Below, piece after piece: positions 21,015 through 28,847 of a stretch of DNA of 32,000 bases. The stretch is from Kineococcus radiotolerans SRS30216 = ATCC BAA-149. GTDB taxonomy: Bacteria; Actinomycetota; Actinomycetes; Actinomycetales; Kineococcaceae. The DNA lies in NCBI RefSeq assembly GCF_000017305.1, contig NC_009664.2, forward strand, positions 2,400,001 through 2,432,000, read 5' to 3'. The notes under the pieces are model-generated. The model saw only the letters and a list, made by a program, of their open reading frames with translations. It had not been told where the DNA came from and made no database searches. The number at the start of each line of letters is the position of its first letter. The stretch's first letter is position 1. The translations under genes and the position numbers were made by a program.

Positions 21015-21239
21015 GGGCGTGTGTCCTCCGGCTGTGAGGCCCCCGTCCCGGGGGTGGCCGGGAGCGTCCACGGCCCGGCCGCCCCGGCGACGGGGGTGGT
21101 GCGCGGCACCCCCGGCGGCACCGCGGGCCCGCCGCCGCGCGCACACCGGGCGAACGCGCCACGACCTGGGAGGATCCTGGGATCGGCCGACGCTGCGGCG
21201 TCCCGACGCCCGAGGATGGACCGACCGGAAGGACCTGCC

Positions 21240-22178
21240 GTGAGTGGCGGACTCGTAGCCCTGCTGGACGACGTGGCGCTCATCGCGCGGGCGGCCGCCG
21301 CCTCGATGGACGACGTCGCGGCCGCCGCGGCCAAGGCGGGGGTCAAGGCGGCGGGGGTCGTCGTCGACGACACGGCCGTCACCCCGCAGTACGTCCGCGG
21401 CCTCACCCCGCAGCGCGAGCTGCCGATCGTCAAGCGGATCGCGATCGGGTCGCTGCGCAACAAGCTGCTGATCATCCTGCCGGTCATCCTGGTGCTCAGC
21501 CAGTTCGCCGACTTCCTGCTCACCCCCCTGCTCATGCTCGGCGGGCTCTACCTCAGCTACGAGGGCGCGGAGAAGGTGTGGGCCAAGGTCAGCGGCCACG
21601 GGCACGCGGCCGACCAGGGCCCCAAGGACGAGAAGACCATCATCGCCGGGGCGGTGCGCACCGACCTCATCCTCTCCGCCGAGATCATGGTCATCTCCCT
21701 CAACGAGGTCGCCCACGAGGGGTTCTGGTCGCGGCTGGCGATCCTCGTCGTGGTCGGCGTCGTCATCACCGTCCTCGTCTACGGCGTCGTCGGGCTCATC
21801 GTGAAGATGGACGACGTGGGCCTCAACCTGGCCGCGCGGCCCCGCGCCGGCGTCGCCCGGTTCGGGCGGGCCCTGGTCGCGGGCATGCCGAAGCTGCTGA
21901 CGTTCCTCACCGTCGTCGGCACCGCCGCGATGCTCTGGGTCGGCGGGCACATCCTGCTCGTGGGCACCGACGAGCTCGGCTGGCACACCGTCTACGGGTT
22001 CGTGCACCACCTCGAGGAGGCCGCGCACGAGGCGACCGGGGCCCTCGGCGGCGTCGTCGGGTGGCTGGTCAACACCCTGTTCAGCGCGCTGGTCGGGCTC
22101 GTCGTGGGGGCGCTCGCGGTGGTGGTCATGACGTTGACGGTGCACCGCAGGTCCGCCCACCGCGGCACCGCGCACTGA
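21240..22178 (+). CDS. DUF808 (YedI-like) inner-membrane protein
   Basis: [34 protein letters not shown]...[35 protein letters not shown]...[17 protein letters not shown] parallels E. coli YedI from its first residues. GTG 21240 is preceded by GGAAGGA (21228-21234). Confidence 0.85.
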   Translation: MSGGLVALLDDVALIARAAAASMDDVAAAAAKAGVKAAGVVVDDTAVTPQYVRGLTPQRELPIVKRIAIGSLRNKLLIILPVILVLSQFADFLLTPLLMLGGLYLSYEGAEKVWAKVSGHGHAADQGPKDEKTIIAGAVRTDLILSAEIMVISLNEVAHEGFWSRLAILVVVGVVITVLVYGVVGLIVKMDDVGLNLAARPRAGVARFGRALVAGMPKLLTFLTVVGTAAMLWVGGHILLVGTDELGWHTVYGFVHHLEEAAHEATGALGGVVGWLVNTLFSALVGLVVGALAVVVMTLTVHRRSAHRGTAH

Positions 22179-22198
22179 GGTCAGCGCACTGAGGTCAG
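22171..22198. repeat. Exact 14-bp tandem duplication (CGCACTGAGGTCAG x2) at a convergent gene junction
   Basis: 22171-22184 is identical to 22185-22198. Copy 1 supplies the TGA stop of the DUF808 gene (22176-22178). Copy 2 supplies the TCA (minus-strand TGA) stop of the ABC ATPase gene (22195-22197). Confidence 0.9.
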
Positions 22199-22896
22199 CG
22201 GGCCCGCACGCCGAGGAGGTCGAGGAGGTCGGTCTCGAGGGCGACCACCCCGGGGCTGCCCCGCTCCGTGCCGGGGGGCACCGTCCGCCCCCCGGCCACG
22301 CGCCCGGCGTCGAGGACGAGCACCCGGTCGGCGAGGGCGACGGCCTCCTCGACGTCGTGGGTGACGAGGAGCACCGCGGGGCGATGCTCGGCGCGCAGGG
22401 CCCGGACGAGGTCGTGCATCGTCAGCCGGGTGAGCGCGTCGAGCGCCCCGAACGGTTCGTCGAGCAGCAGCAGCTCCGGCCCGCGCACCAGCGCCCGGGC
22501 CAGTGAGACGCGCTGCGCCTCCCCGCCCGACAGCGTCAGCGGCCATGCGTCGGCCCGCGCCTCGAGCTCGACCCCGCGCAGCGCGCGCAGGGCCCGCTCG
22601 CGGGTGGCGCCGGCCCCGAGGCCGAGGACGACGTTGCGCCACACCGGCTCCCACGGCAGCAACCGCGGCTCCTGGAAGGCGACCGAGACGGTCGGGGGGA
22701 CCTCGACCGTCCCGGCCTCGACGGGGTCCAGACCGGCCAGGGCGCGCAGCAGGGTGGACTTGCCCGACCCGCTGCGCCCGAGCAGGGCCACGAACTCCCC
22801 GGGGGCGATGCGCAGGTCGAGGCCGTCGAGGACGACCCGGTCGCCGTGGGCGCGGCGCAGCCCGCGGACGTCCACCCCGCCGGTGCCCCGCGTCAC
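22195..22896 (-). CDS. ABC transporter ATP-binding protein, NitT/TauT (SsuB/TauB-like) family
   Basis: Walker [10 protein letters not shown], signature LSGGEAQR, Walker [14 protein letters not shown]-loop VTHD. The GTG start at 22896 overlaps the upstream gene's stop (GTGA). 234 codons. Confidence 0.9.
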   Translation of the reverse strand: MTRGTGGVDVRGLRRAHGDRVVLDGLDLRIAPGEFVALLGRSGSGKSTLLRALAGLDPVEAGTVEVPPTVSVAFQEPRLLPWEPVWRNVVLGLGAGATRERALRALRGVELEARADAWPLTLSGGEAQRVSLARALVRGPELLLLDEPFGALDALTRLTMHDLVRALRAEHRPAVLLVTHDVEEAVALADRVLVLDAGRVAGGRTVPPGTERGSPGVVALETDLLDLLGVRAR

Positions 22897-23894
22897 GGCA
22901 GCGCGGTGGCGTCCACGACGGCCGTCGTGACGTCCGTGGGGGCGGGCGTGAGGCCCTGCGCGGCGTAGAAGTCCGCGACCTGCTGCAGCTCGGTGAGGAA
23001 CGCCGCGTCGGCGGGGACGACCGTGGGCGGGGTCAGGGCGCCCAGGGCGTCCGCGATCTCCGGCGAGGCGCCGGCGCCGCGGTAGGCGTCGACGAGGATC
23101 GAGGGGTCGGCGCGCACCCGTCCGGCCTGCTCGACGAGCGCGTCGTAGGCGGCGGCGACCCCGGCGGGGTCGGCGTCGAGGTAGGCGCGGCGCACGACGT
23201 GCACGGTGCGGTTGGTCGCGGCGACGTCGCGGGCCAGGGTCACCGTGACGGTGCCCTCGAGGTGCTGGGCGGTGACGAGGAACTGGTCCCACGTCGCCCA
23301 GGCGTCGACCTGGCCGGAGGAGAACGCCGTGGCCGCGTCGGCCGGGCCCAGGTGGACGGGGGTCACGTCCTCGATGGTCAGGCCCTGCGTGGCCAGCGCG
23401 GTGCGCAGCAGGTAGTCGCCCGTCCCGCCCCGGTTGACCGCGACGGAGCGGCCGGCGAGGTCGGCGATCGTCGTGATGCCGCTGCCGGCGGCGGCCACGA
23501 TCCCCTGGGTGTCGCCGTCGTTGCGCTCGACCGCGAAGACCACGAGGTCGGGGTCGCCCTGCAGCGCGGTGACCAGCGCCGTGGAGCTGCCGCTGCTCAT
23601 GTCGACCTGCCCGGCCGCGAGGGCCTCCGCGGCGGGGCTGAAGGCCGCGAAGGGGGTGGAGAACGTCACCGAACCGCCGGCGCCCTCGAGGTGCTCGGCG
23701 AGGAGCCCGGACGCCTGGGTGAGCGTCAGCGTGTTCTGCGTCGACAGCGGGCCGACCCGCAGCCCGCCTGCCCCCGCGCTCGCGGTCCCGGCCCCGCCGG
23801 TGGCGGTCCCCCCGGAGCACGCCGCGAGGAGGCCCGCGGTGATCGAGCCCGCGGCGCCGGCGAGCACCCGTCGGCGGGTGGGTCCCTGGTCCAT
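22893..23894 (-). CDS. ABC transporter substrate-binding lipoprotein, aliphatic sulfonate/NMT1-like (SsuA-like)
   Basis: MDQGPTRRRVLAGAAGSITAGLLAACSG is a twin-arginine-type signal with a LAAC lipobox. Body blocks typical of SsuA/TauA-type binding proteins are present (GQVDMSSGSSTALV, GGTGDYLL, GQVDAWATWDQF). ATG 23894 is preceded by AGGAGCAGGGA. Confidence 0.82.
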   Translation of the reverse strand: MDQGPTRRRVLAGAAGSITAGLLAACSGGTATGGAGTASAGAGGLRVGPLSTQNTLTLTQASGLLAEHLEGAGGSVTFSTPFAAFSPAAEALAAGQVDMSSGSSTALVTALQGDPDLVVFAVERNDGDTQGIVAAAGSGITTIADLAGRSVAVNRGGTGDYLLRTALATQGLTIEDVTPVHLGPADAATAFSSGQVDAWATWDQFLVTAQHLEGTVTVTLARDVAATNRTVHVVRRAYLDADPAGVAAAYDALVEQAGRVRADPSILVDAYRGAGASPEIADALGALTPPTVVPADAAFLTELQQVADFYAAQGLTPAPTDVTTAVVDATALP

Positions 23895-24004
23895 CGTCCC
23901 TGCTCCTGTCCCCACGTCCGCTGGACGTGGTGTCGTCGTCTGCGCGCTGCTCGCGTCGCAGCGCGTCGGGTCACCGCGGGCGCCCCGGTGGCGCGCGGTG
24001 GTGC

Positions 24005-24844
24005 TCAGCGTCCGGTGAACGCCGCCCGCCAGCGGAGCAGGCGGACCTCCAGCAGCCGCACCGCGGCGTCGGTCAGCAGTCCGAGCAGCGCGTACACGGC
24101 GATGCACACCACCACCACGTCGGTGCGGGCGTAGCTGCGGGCGTTGGTCAGCAGGAAGCCGATGCCGGCGGAGGCGTTGACGGTCTCGGCGATGATCACG
24201 GCGACCCAGCCCACCCCGAGGGCGAACCGCAGCCCCACGAGAACCTGCGGCAGGGCCCCGGGCAGCAGGACGCGACGGGCGGTCTGGGCGTTGGACAACC
24301 GGTAGACCCTGGCGACCTCGACGAGCCGGCGGTCGACGTCGCGCACCCCGCCGAAGGTGTTCAGGTACACCGGGACGACGGTGGCGACGGCGACGAGGGC
24401 GACCTTCGGCGCCTCGCCCAGGCCGAACCACAGGATGAACAACGGGGTCAGCGCGGTGAAGGGGATGGTGCGGACCATCTGGAAGGGCCGGTCCAGGACG
24501 TCCTCGGCGATCCGCGAGAAGCCGGCCAGGACCCCGGCGACCAGGCCGAGCCCGATCCCGAGGGCGCTGCCGGCGAGGACCCGCAGCAGGCTCACCGCGA
24601 GGGCGTGGGGGAGGGACCCGTCGGCGACCATCCCCGCCGCCGTGCGCAGCAGCGCGACCGGGCCGGGGAGGGTCCGCGGGTCGAGCGCGCCGAGCGCGGC
24701 GAGGACCTGCCAGACGAGGACCACGGCCAGGGTGGACAGCCACGGCCGCAACCGCTCGCGGGGGGAGCGTCGTGCGGCGGGCGGGGGAGGGGGAGCGCTC
24801 GCGGGGCCGTCCGGCGACGTGGTGCCGGCGGTCGCGTTCGCCAT
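24005..24844 (-). CDS. ABC transporter permease, NitT/TauT (SsuC-like) family
   Basis: Six TM helices. An EAA-loop-like region is present (ARVYRLSNAQTARRVLLPGALPQVLVGLR). ATG 24844. Confidence 0.88.
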   Translation of the reverse strand: MANATAGTTSPDGPASAPPPPPAARRSPRERLRPWLSTLAVVLVWQVLAALGALDPRTLPGPVALLRTAAGMVADGSLPHALAVSLLRVLAGSALGIGLGLVAGVLAGFSRIAEDVLDRPFQMVRTIPFTALTPLFILWFGLGEAPKVALVAVATVVPVYLNTFGGVRDVDRRLVEVARVYRLSNAQTARRVLLPGALPQVLVGLRFALGVGWVAVIIAETVNASAGIGFLLTNARSYARTDVVVVCIAVYALLGLLTDAAVRLLEVRLLRWRAAFTGR

Positions 24845-25046
24845 GCACCCTCCTGGGCCGCCGGGAGCGGTCGGGCCCCTGCCCGCGGTGCGGTCACCCT
24901 ATCGGAGGGGCCTGCGGCCCCCGGGCCGGTTCCTCGGGGGCCCGCGCTCGCGGGGTGCGTGTCGGGACGGCCGCCGCGGCCCCGCGGGGGTCGTGTCCGA
25001 GGCCTCTGTCAGGGTCTGCCGTGTTCGACAGGCGAGGAGAGACCCG

Positions 25047-25721
25047 ATGACCGTCCCCGTGTCCACCAGCGGGACCACCGCACCGCTGCCCCGCGCGGTC
25101 AGCCGCCGCTACCGGCACCGGTACGCGGTGCTGGACGTCGAGACGACGGGGCTGCGCCCGGAGACGGGGGACCGGGTCGTGCAGATCGCGGTGACCCTCC
25201 TGGACGCCCGGGGGACCGTGGAACGCAGCTGGTCCTCGCTGGTCGACCCGCACCGCGACCCCGGGCCCACCCACGTCCACGGCATCACCGCCGAGCGGCT
25301 CGCCGGCGCCCCGACCTTCGCCCAGCTGGCCCCCACGGTGGCCGGCCTGCTGGACGGCCGCGTGTTCGTCGCCCACAACGCGCGCTTCGACTGGAAGTTC
25401 GTCAGCGCCGAGATGCGGGCCGCCGGGGTGCACCTGCCGGTGCGGCAGCGGCTGTGCACGTGGGAGCTGGCCCAGCGCCTGGACCTGCCGGTGGAGAACC
25501 TAAAGCTGGCGACGCTCGCCGAGCACTGGGGCGTGCGCCAGCTGCGTCCGCACGACGCCGAGGACGACACCCGGGTCCTCGTCGAGGTCCTGCGCGAGGA
25601 GCTCCTCGACGCGGCCGGGCAGCGCCTCGACCTGCCGATCGTGGTGCCGCGCGAGGTCCGCCGCCCCCCGCTGAGCGCGCGCCTGCGGGTCCTCGTGGAG
25701 CGGATCGCGCAGAGCCGGTGA
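25047..25721 (+). CDS. Standalone DEDDh 3'-5' exonuclease (DnaQ/epsilon-like domain), 224 aa
   Basis: ExoI AVLDVETTGL, ExoII FVAHNARFDWKF, ExoIII HDAEDDTRVL (HxAxxD). ATG 25047 is preceded by GAGGAGA (25034-25040). Confidence 0.88.
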   Translation: MTVPVSTSGTTAPLPRAVSRRYRHRYAVLDVETTGLRPETGDRVVQIAVTLLDARGTVERSWSSLVDPHRDPGPTHVHGITAERLAGAPTFAQLAPTVAGLLDGRVFVAHNARFDWKFVSAEMRAAGVHLPVRQRLCTWELAQRLDLPVENLKLATLAEHWGVRQLRPHDAEDDTRVLVEVLREELLDAAGQRLDLPIVVPREVRRPPLSARLRVLVERIAQSR

Positions 25722-25874
25722 GGTGAGTGCTCGCCGGGGGCGGCGTTCCGTGCGATGGTTGACGTGGACGCCCGTGCACGAACCCGCCGTCCGGCGGACG
25801 GGACGGCGCGCCGAGGGCGAGTGCGTCGGCTCTTCTGCACCCGTGCAGCACCCGGAGAGACGGGAAGCCCCCTC

Positions 25875-26486
25875 GTGGCCGACTTCATGCTGTGCACCAA
25901 CTGCCAGGACGACTCGCAGATGCAGCTGCCGATGAACGCCCCCGACGGCGGGGTCATCCACACCTGCCTGGGCGACCACCGCGGTACCGGCCCCTGGGTC
26001 TTCACCGTCCACCCCGCCGTCGAACCCACCCGCACCGTGCGCCGCTCCCCGGCCCGGGTGGAGTCCAGCGGGGTGACCGCGGACCTCCTCGAGCCCCTCA
26101 CCGCGTGCTTCGAGGCCGGCGGCCCGTGGCTGGAGTTCGGCGTCGTCGAGGCGCGGTTGCGCGAGCGCGCCCCCGAGGTCTTCGCCCGCCACGTCGCCGA
26201 GGCCGGGCACACGATGTTCGGGCCGGCCTCCAACACCGCGTCCGGTCGCGTCGCCATGGCGCTGAGCACCCTGCGCGCCCGCGGGGCCGTCGCCGGTTTC
26301 GTCGGCAAGAGCACCGGCTCGCCGTGGCGCGGGCGGACGATCAGTCACTGGTGCCTGGAGGGCAGCACCCCGCGCACCGAGGTGCTGTCGTGGGTGCAGG
26401 ACCGCGCGCAGCGGGGGCTGAGCGCGGGCTGGACCGACGAGGACCGCGCCGGGCTGACGGCCGCGGGAACCCCGGTCGGCGTCTGA
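25875..26486 (+). CDS. Hypothetical protein with N-terminal CxxC...HxCxxxH cluster (possible zinc ribbon)
   Basis: GC3 is very high throughout and the composition is normal. MLCTNCQDDSQ...VIHTCLGDH at the N-terminus. I recognise no family. The start is GTG 25875 (GGGAAG 7 nt upstream) or ATG 25887. Confidence 0.6.
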   Translation: MADFMLCTNCQDDSQMQLPMNAPDGGVIHTCLGDHRGTGPWVFTVHPAVEPTRTVRRSPARVESSGVTADLLEPLTACFEAGGPWLEFGVVEARLRERAPEVFARHVAEAGHTMFGPASNTASGRVAMALSTLRARGAVAGFVGKSTGSPWRGRTISHWCLEGSTPRTEVLSWVQDRAQRGLSAGWTDEDRAGLTAAGTPVGV

Positions 26487-26501
26487 GGTCAGCGGCCGGG
26501 G

Positions 26502-26852
26502 TCAGCGACTGGCGTCGGCGTCCCGCAGGGACAGCACCGCCCAGCCGGTCGCCAGCGCCGCGTCCACGACAATCGAGCGCGCCCGCGAGGGGTCCAGCCG
26601 GACCAGGACGCCCGCGCTCGCCGCGTGCAGCAGGTCCACGGCCGCCCCCGCCCGCGACGTCGCCGGGGACGGGACGGCGAGGGTCACCACGGCCTGCAGC
26701 AGGTGACGACCGCCGAGCACGCGCGCGACCAGCACGGCGCGCTCGTCCGCGGCCGACCCGTCGAGGACCCCGAGCACCCGGCGCGGGGCCAGCAGGAGCA
26801 GCGTCCCCCACCCCGCCCGGGCGAGCTCGGCCGGGCGGACCCCGCCGCTCAC
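26502..26852 (-). CDS. Small hypothetical protein (116 aa) whose start overlaps the stop of the upstream SDR gene
   Basis: The GTG start at 26852 overlaps the SDR stop (GTGA). Ala/Leu/Val-rich sequence with probable hydrophobic helices (GWGTLLLLAP, HLLQAVVTLAV). No family recognised. Coding status is supported mainly by the start/stop overlap and frame. Confidence 0.4.
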   Translation of the reverse strand: MSGGVRPAELARAGWGTLLLLAPRRVLGVLDGSAADERAVLVARVLGGRHLLQAVVTLAVPSPATSRAGAAVDLLHAASAGVLVRLDPSRARSIVVDAALATGWAVLSLRDADASR

Positions 26853-27901
26853 CGGCGCCGCCGCAGGGCGAGGACCGCCGCGCCGATCCCCGCCCCGGCC
26901 AGCGCCGCGACCTCCAGGGGCCGGCGGTGCAGCTGGGCCCACACCTGCGGGCTGGTCCGCCACGAGCTGTCGTCGAAGATGCCGTGCGAACCGTGGTCGC
27001 CGGGCACCGGTTCCCACAGGGCGTCGCCGGTCATGACGGAGCGGTCGAGGTCCGTCTGCTGGCCGTCGACGCCCGTCCTCGCCAGGTAGCGGTCCAGCAG
27101 CGGCGCGACGAGGCGGTTGCCGAGGATGGTGCCCACGGTGGGTTCCCCCACCCAGGTGCTGCGGCGCGGGCGCTCGACCACCGACACGACCACCCGCGCG
27201 CACACGTCGGGCTGGTAGATCGGCGCGACCGGCTGCGGGTGCTGGGGCAGGCGGGTCCGGACCCAGCCGAACTGCGTGGTGTTCATCCCCGGCATGTGCA
27301 CCATCGAGACCTTCACCGGGCTGCCCTCGTGGAGCAGTTCGGTGATGACGCTCTCGGTGAAGCCCACCACCGCGTGCTTGGAGCCGCAGTAGGCCGACTG
27401 CAGCGGGATGCCGCGGTAGGACAGCGCCGAGCCGATCTGCACGACGTGCCCCGCACCGCGGGGTCGCATGCGCCGCAGCGCCGCCCGGGTGCCGTTGACG
27501 AACCCGAAGTACGTCACGCGGGTGGCCCGCTCGAAGTCCTCGGGGTCGGTCTCGACGAACTTCGCGAAGACGCTGGTCATGGCGTCGTTCACCCACACCG
27601 CGATCGGCCCGAGGACCTCCTCCACCTCGTCGGCGGCGGCCTCGACCTGCTCGTGCTCGGACACGTCGCACACCACGCCGAGCCCGCGCCGGCCGGTGGC
27701 GGCGACGTCGGCGACGGTGGCGGCCAGCGCTTCCCGGCCGCGGGAGAGGACGGCCACGTCCCACCCGGCGCGGGCGAGGTGGCGGACGATCTCCCGACCC
27801 AGCCCGCCCGAGCCGCCCGTCACGACCACCACCCCGCGGGTGGACGGGGACGCGGTGAGGGCGGCGAGGTCGCCGGCGGGAGCGGTGGCTGCGTCGGTCA
27901 C
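26849..27901 (-). CDS. Short-chain dehydrogenase/reductase with C-terminal extension and tail anchor
   Basis: Cofactor motif VVVTGGSGGLGREI, catalytic YCGSKHAV (YxxxK), upstream S in GSALS. The roughly 100-aa C-terminal extension ends in a hydrophobic segment, LEVAALAGAGIGAAVLALRRRR. Confidence 0.88.
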   Translation of the reverse strand: MTDAATAPAGDLAALTASPSTRGVVVVTGGSGGLGREIVRHLARAGWDVAVLSRGREALAATVADVAATGRRGLGVVCDVSEHEQVEAAADEVEEVLGPIAVWVNDAMTSVFAKFVETDPEDFERATRVTYFGFVNGTRAALRRMRPRGAGHVVQIGSALSYRGIPLQSAYCGSKHAVVGFTESVITELLHEGSPVKVSMVHMPGMNTTQFGWVRTRLPQHPQPVAPIYQPDVCARVVVSVVERPRRSTWVGEPTVGTILGNRLVAPLLDRYLARTGVDGQQTDLDRSVMTGDALWEPVPGDHGSHGIFDDSSWRTSPQVWAQLHRRPLEVAALAGAGIGAAVLALRRRR

Positions 27902-27938
27902 GGGACCAGCCTGCCCGGGTGGGGCCGGGGTCGCTCGT

Positions 27939-28766
27939 TCAGCGCGGGTGGAGGGGCGCGGACGTCGGCGGGTGGGTCAGGTGCCCGAGCAGCTCACCGA
28001 TCCCGGACAGCGCGAGGGTCGTGATCGAGAACGCCGCGAGACCGACCAGCAGCAGCACGGTGACCAGGAGGAGCAGCGCCTGCAGCCAGGACAGCGGGCG
28101 GCGCGCAGCGGTGCCCGCCGGGCGGGCCGTCGGGAGGGTCGTCGGGGTGGCGAGCGCCGGGCGGCGGTCGTCCAGCTCCGAGCGCAGGGAACCCGCGATC
28201 CGCCGGACCTGGGCCCCGGTCAACCGCGGCGGCAGGGCCAGGAGTTCCCCGACGAGGTGGTCGCGGCCCAGCACCGTCACCCCGGCCGTCGTCGGCGCCG
28301 GCGGCTGCTCGTGCGCGACCAGGCACAGCAACCCGCTCACCGCGGAACGGGTCCGGGGTTCCAGCAGGGCCGCGACGGCCGCGACGGCGCTCGCGACCCC
28401 CTCCAGCTCGTCGTCCTTGCGGTACGACCCCGCCCGCAGCACGCCGTCGCGCACCGTCACGTCCCCGGACCAGTTCTTCGCGTCGACGACGACGACCCCG
28501 CCGGGGCCGACCGCGACGTGGTCGAGGTTGGCGAACCGGCGTCCGGGCCAGCGCACGTCGTGCAGGACGGTCCACCCGTGGCGCTCCACCTCGGCGAGGG
28601 TCTGCGCGACGAGGCGCTCGCCCTCGGCGCCGGCGGTCCAGGCGTGCTCGCGGCGTTCGGCGGCGGCGATCCGCTCGGTGGCGGTGGGGGTCTCGCGGCG
28701 CAGGCGGTCGACGCGGCGGGCGGCCCGCCGGGCCTGCTCGTCCGCTCCTGCCCCCGCCACACCCAC
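27939..28766 (-). CDS. NERD (nuclease-related domain) protein with C-terminal transmembrane anchor
   Basis: GAEGERLVAQTLAEVERHGWTVLHDVRWPGRRFANLDHVAVGPGGVVVVDAKNWSGDV matches the NERD core (G.xGE..v...L....w.vlhdv.....g.iDhvvvgp.Gvfvi-dxK.w.G). A Pro/Thr/Ala-rich linker is followed by the TM helix WLQALLLLVTVLLLVGLAAFSITTLAL. GTG start at 28766. Confidence 0.8.
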   Translation of the reverse strand: MGVAGAGADEQARRAARRVDRLRRETPTATERIAAAERREHAWTAGAEGERLVAQTLAEVERHGWTVLHDVRWPGRRFANLDHVAVGPGGVVVVDAKNWSGDVTVRDGVLRAGSYRKDDELEGVASAVAAVAALLEPRTRSAVSGLLCLVAHEQPPAPTTAGVTVLGRDHLVGELLALPPRLTGAQVRRIAGSLRSELDDRRPALATPTTLPTARPAGTAARRPLSWLQALLLLVTVLLLVGLAAFSITTLALSGIGELLGHLTHPPTSAPLHPR

Positions 28767-28847
28767 GGGGACGTCTCGGGTGCGGGGTTCGGCGGGTTGA
28801 GGGGGTGTCCCCCGGACGGGTCAGCCCCGGGCCGGGGACCCGCAGGG

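Noticed and set aside
18753-22175. A 1140-aa ORF suggesting a giant glutamine-synthetase fusion
   Set aside because: Only the C-terminal 721 aa (from ATG 20918, with an SD) are GS-III. The upstream 419 aa are Asp/Glu/Arg/Gly/Pro low-complexity sequence running antisense through the well-supported DUF808 gene.
22195-24848. The 541-aa and 651-aa minus-strand ORFs and the 543-aa + strand ORF over the ABC transporter locus
   Set aside because: They are in-frame upstream extensions or antisense shadows. Internal starts with SD sequences and 4-nt overlaps resolve the locus into three standard ABC components.
24845-25046. Riboswitch or operator in the 200-bp divergent region between the Ssu-like permease and the exonuclease gene
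   Set aside because: Only short (5-bp) inverted repeats are present, and there is no conserved riboswitch core that I recognise. Nothing supportable.
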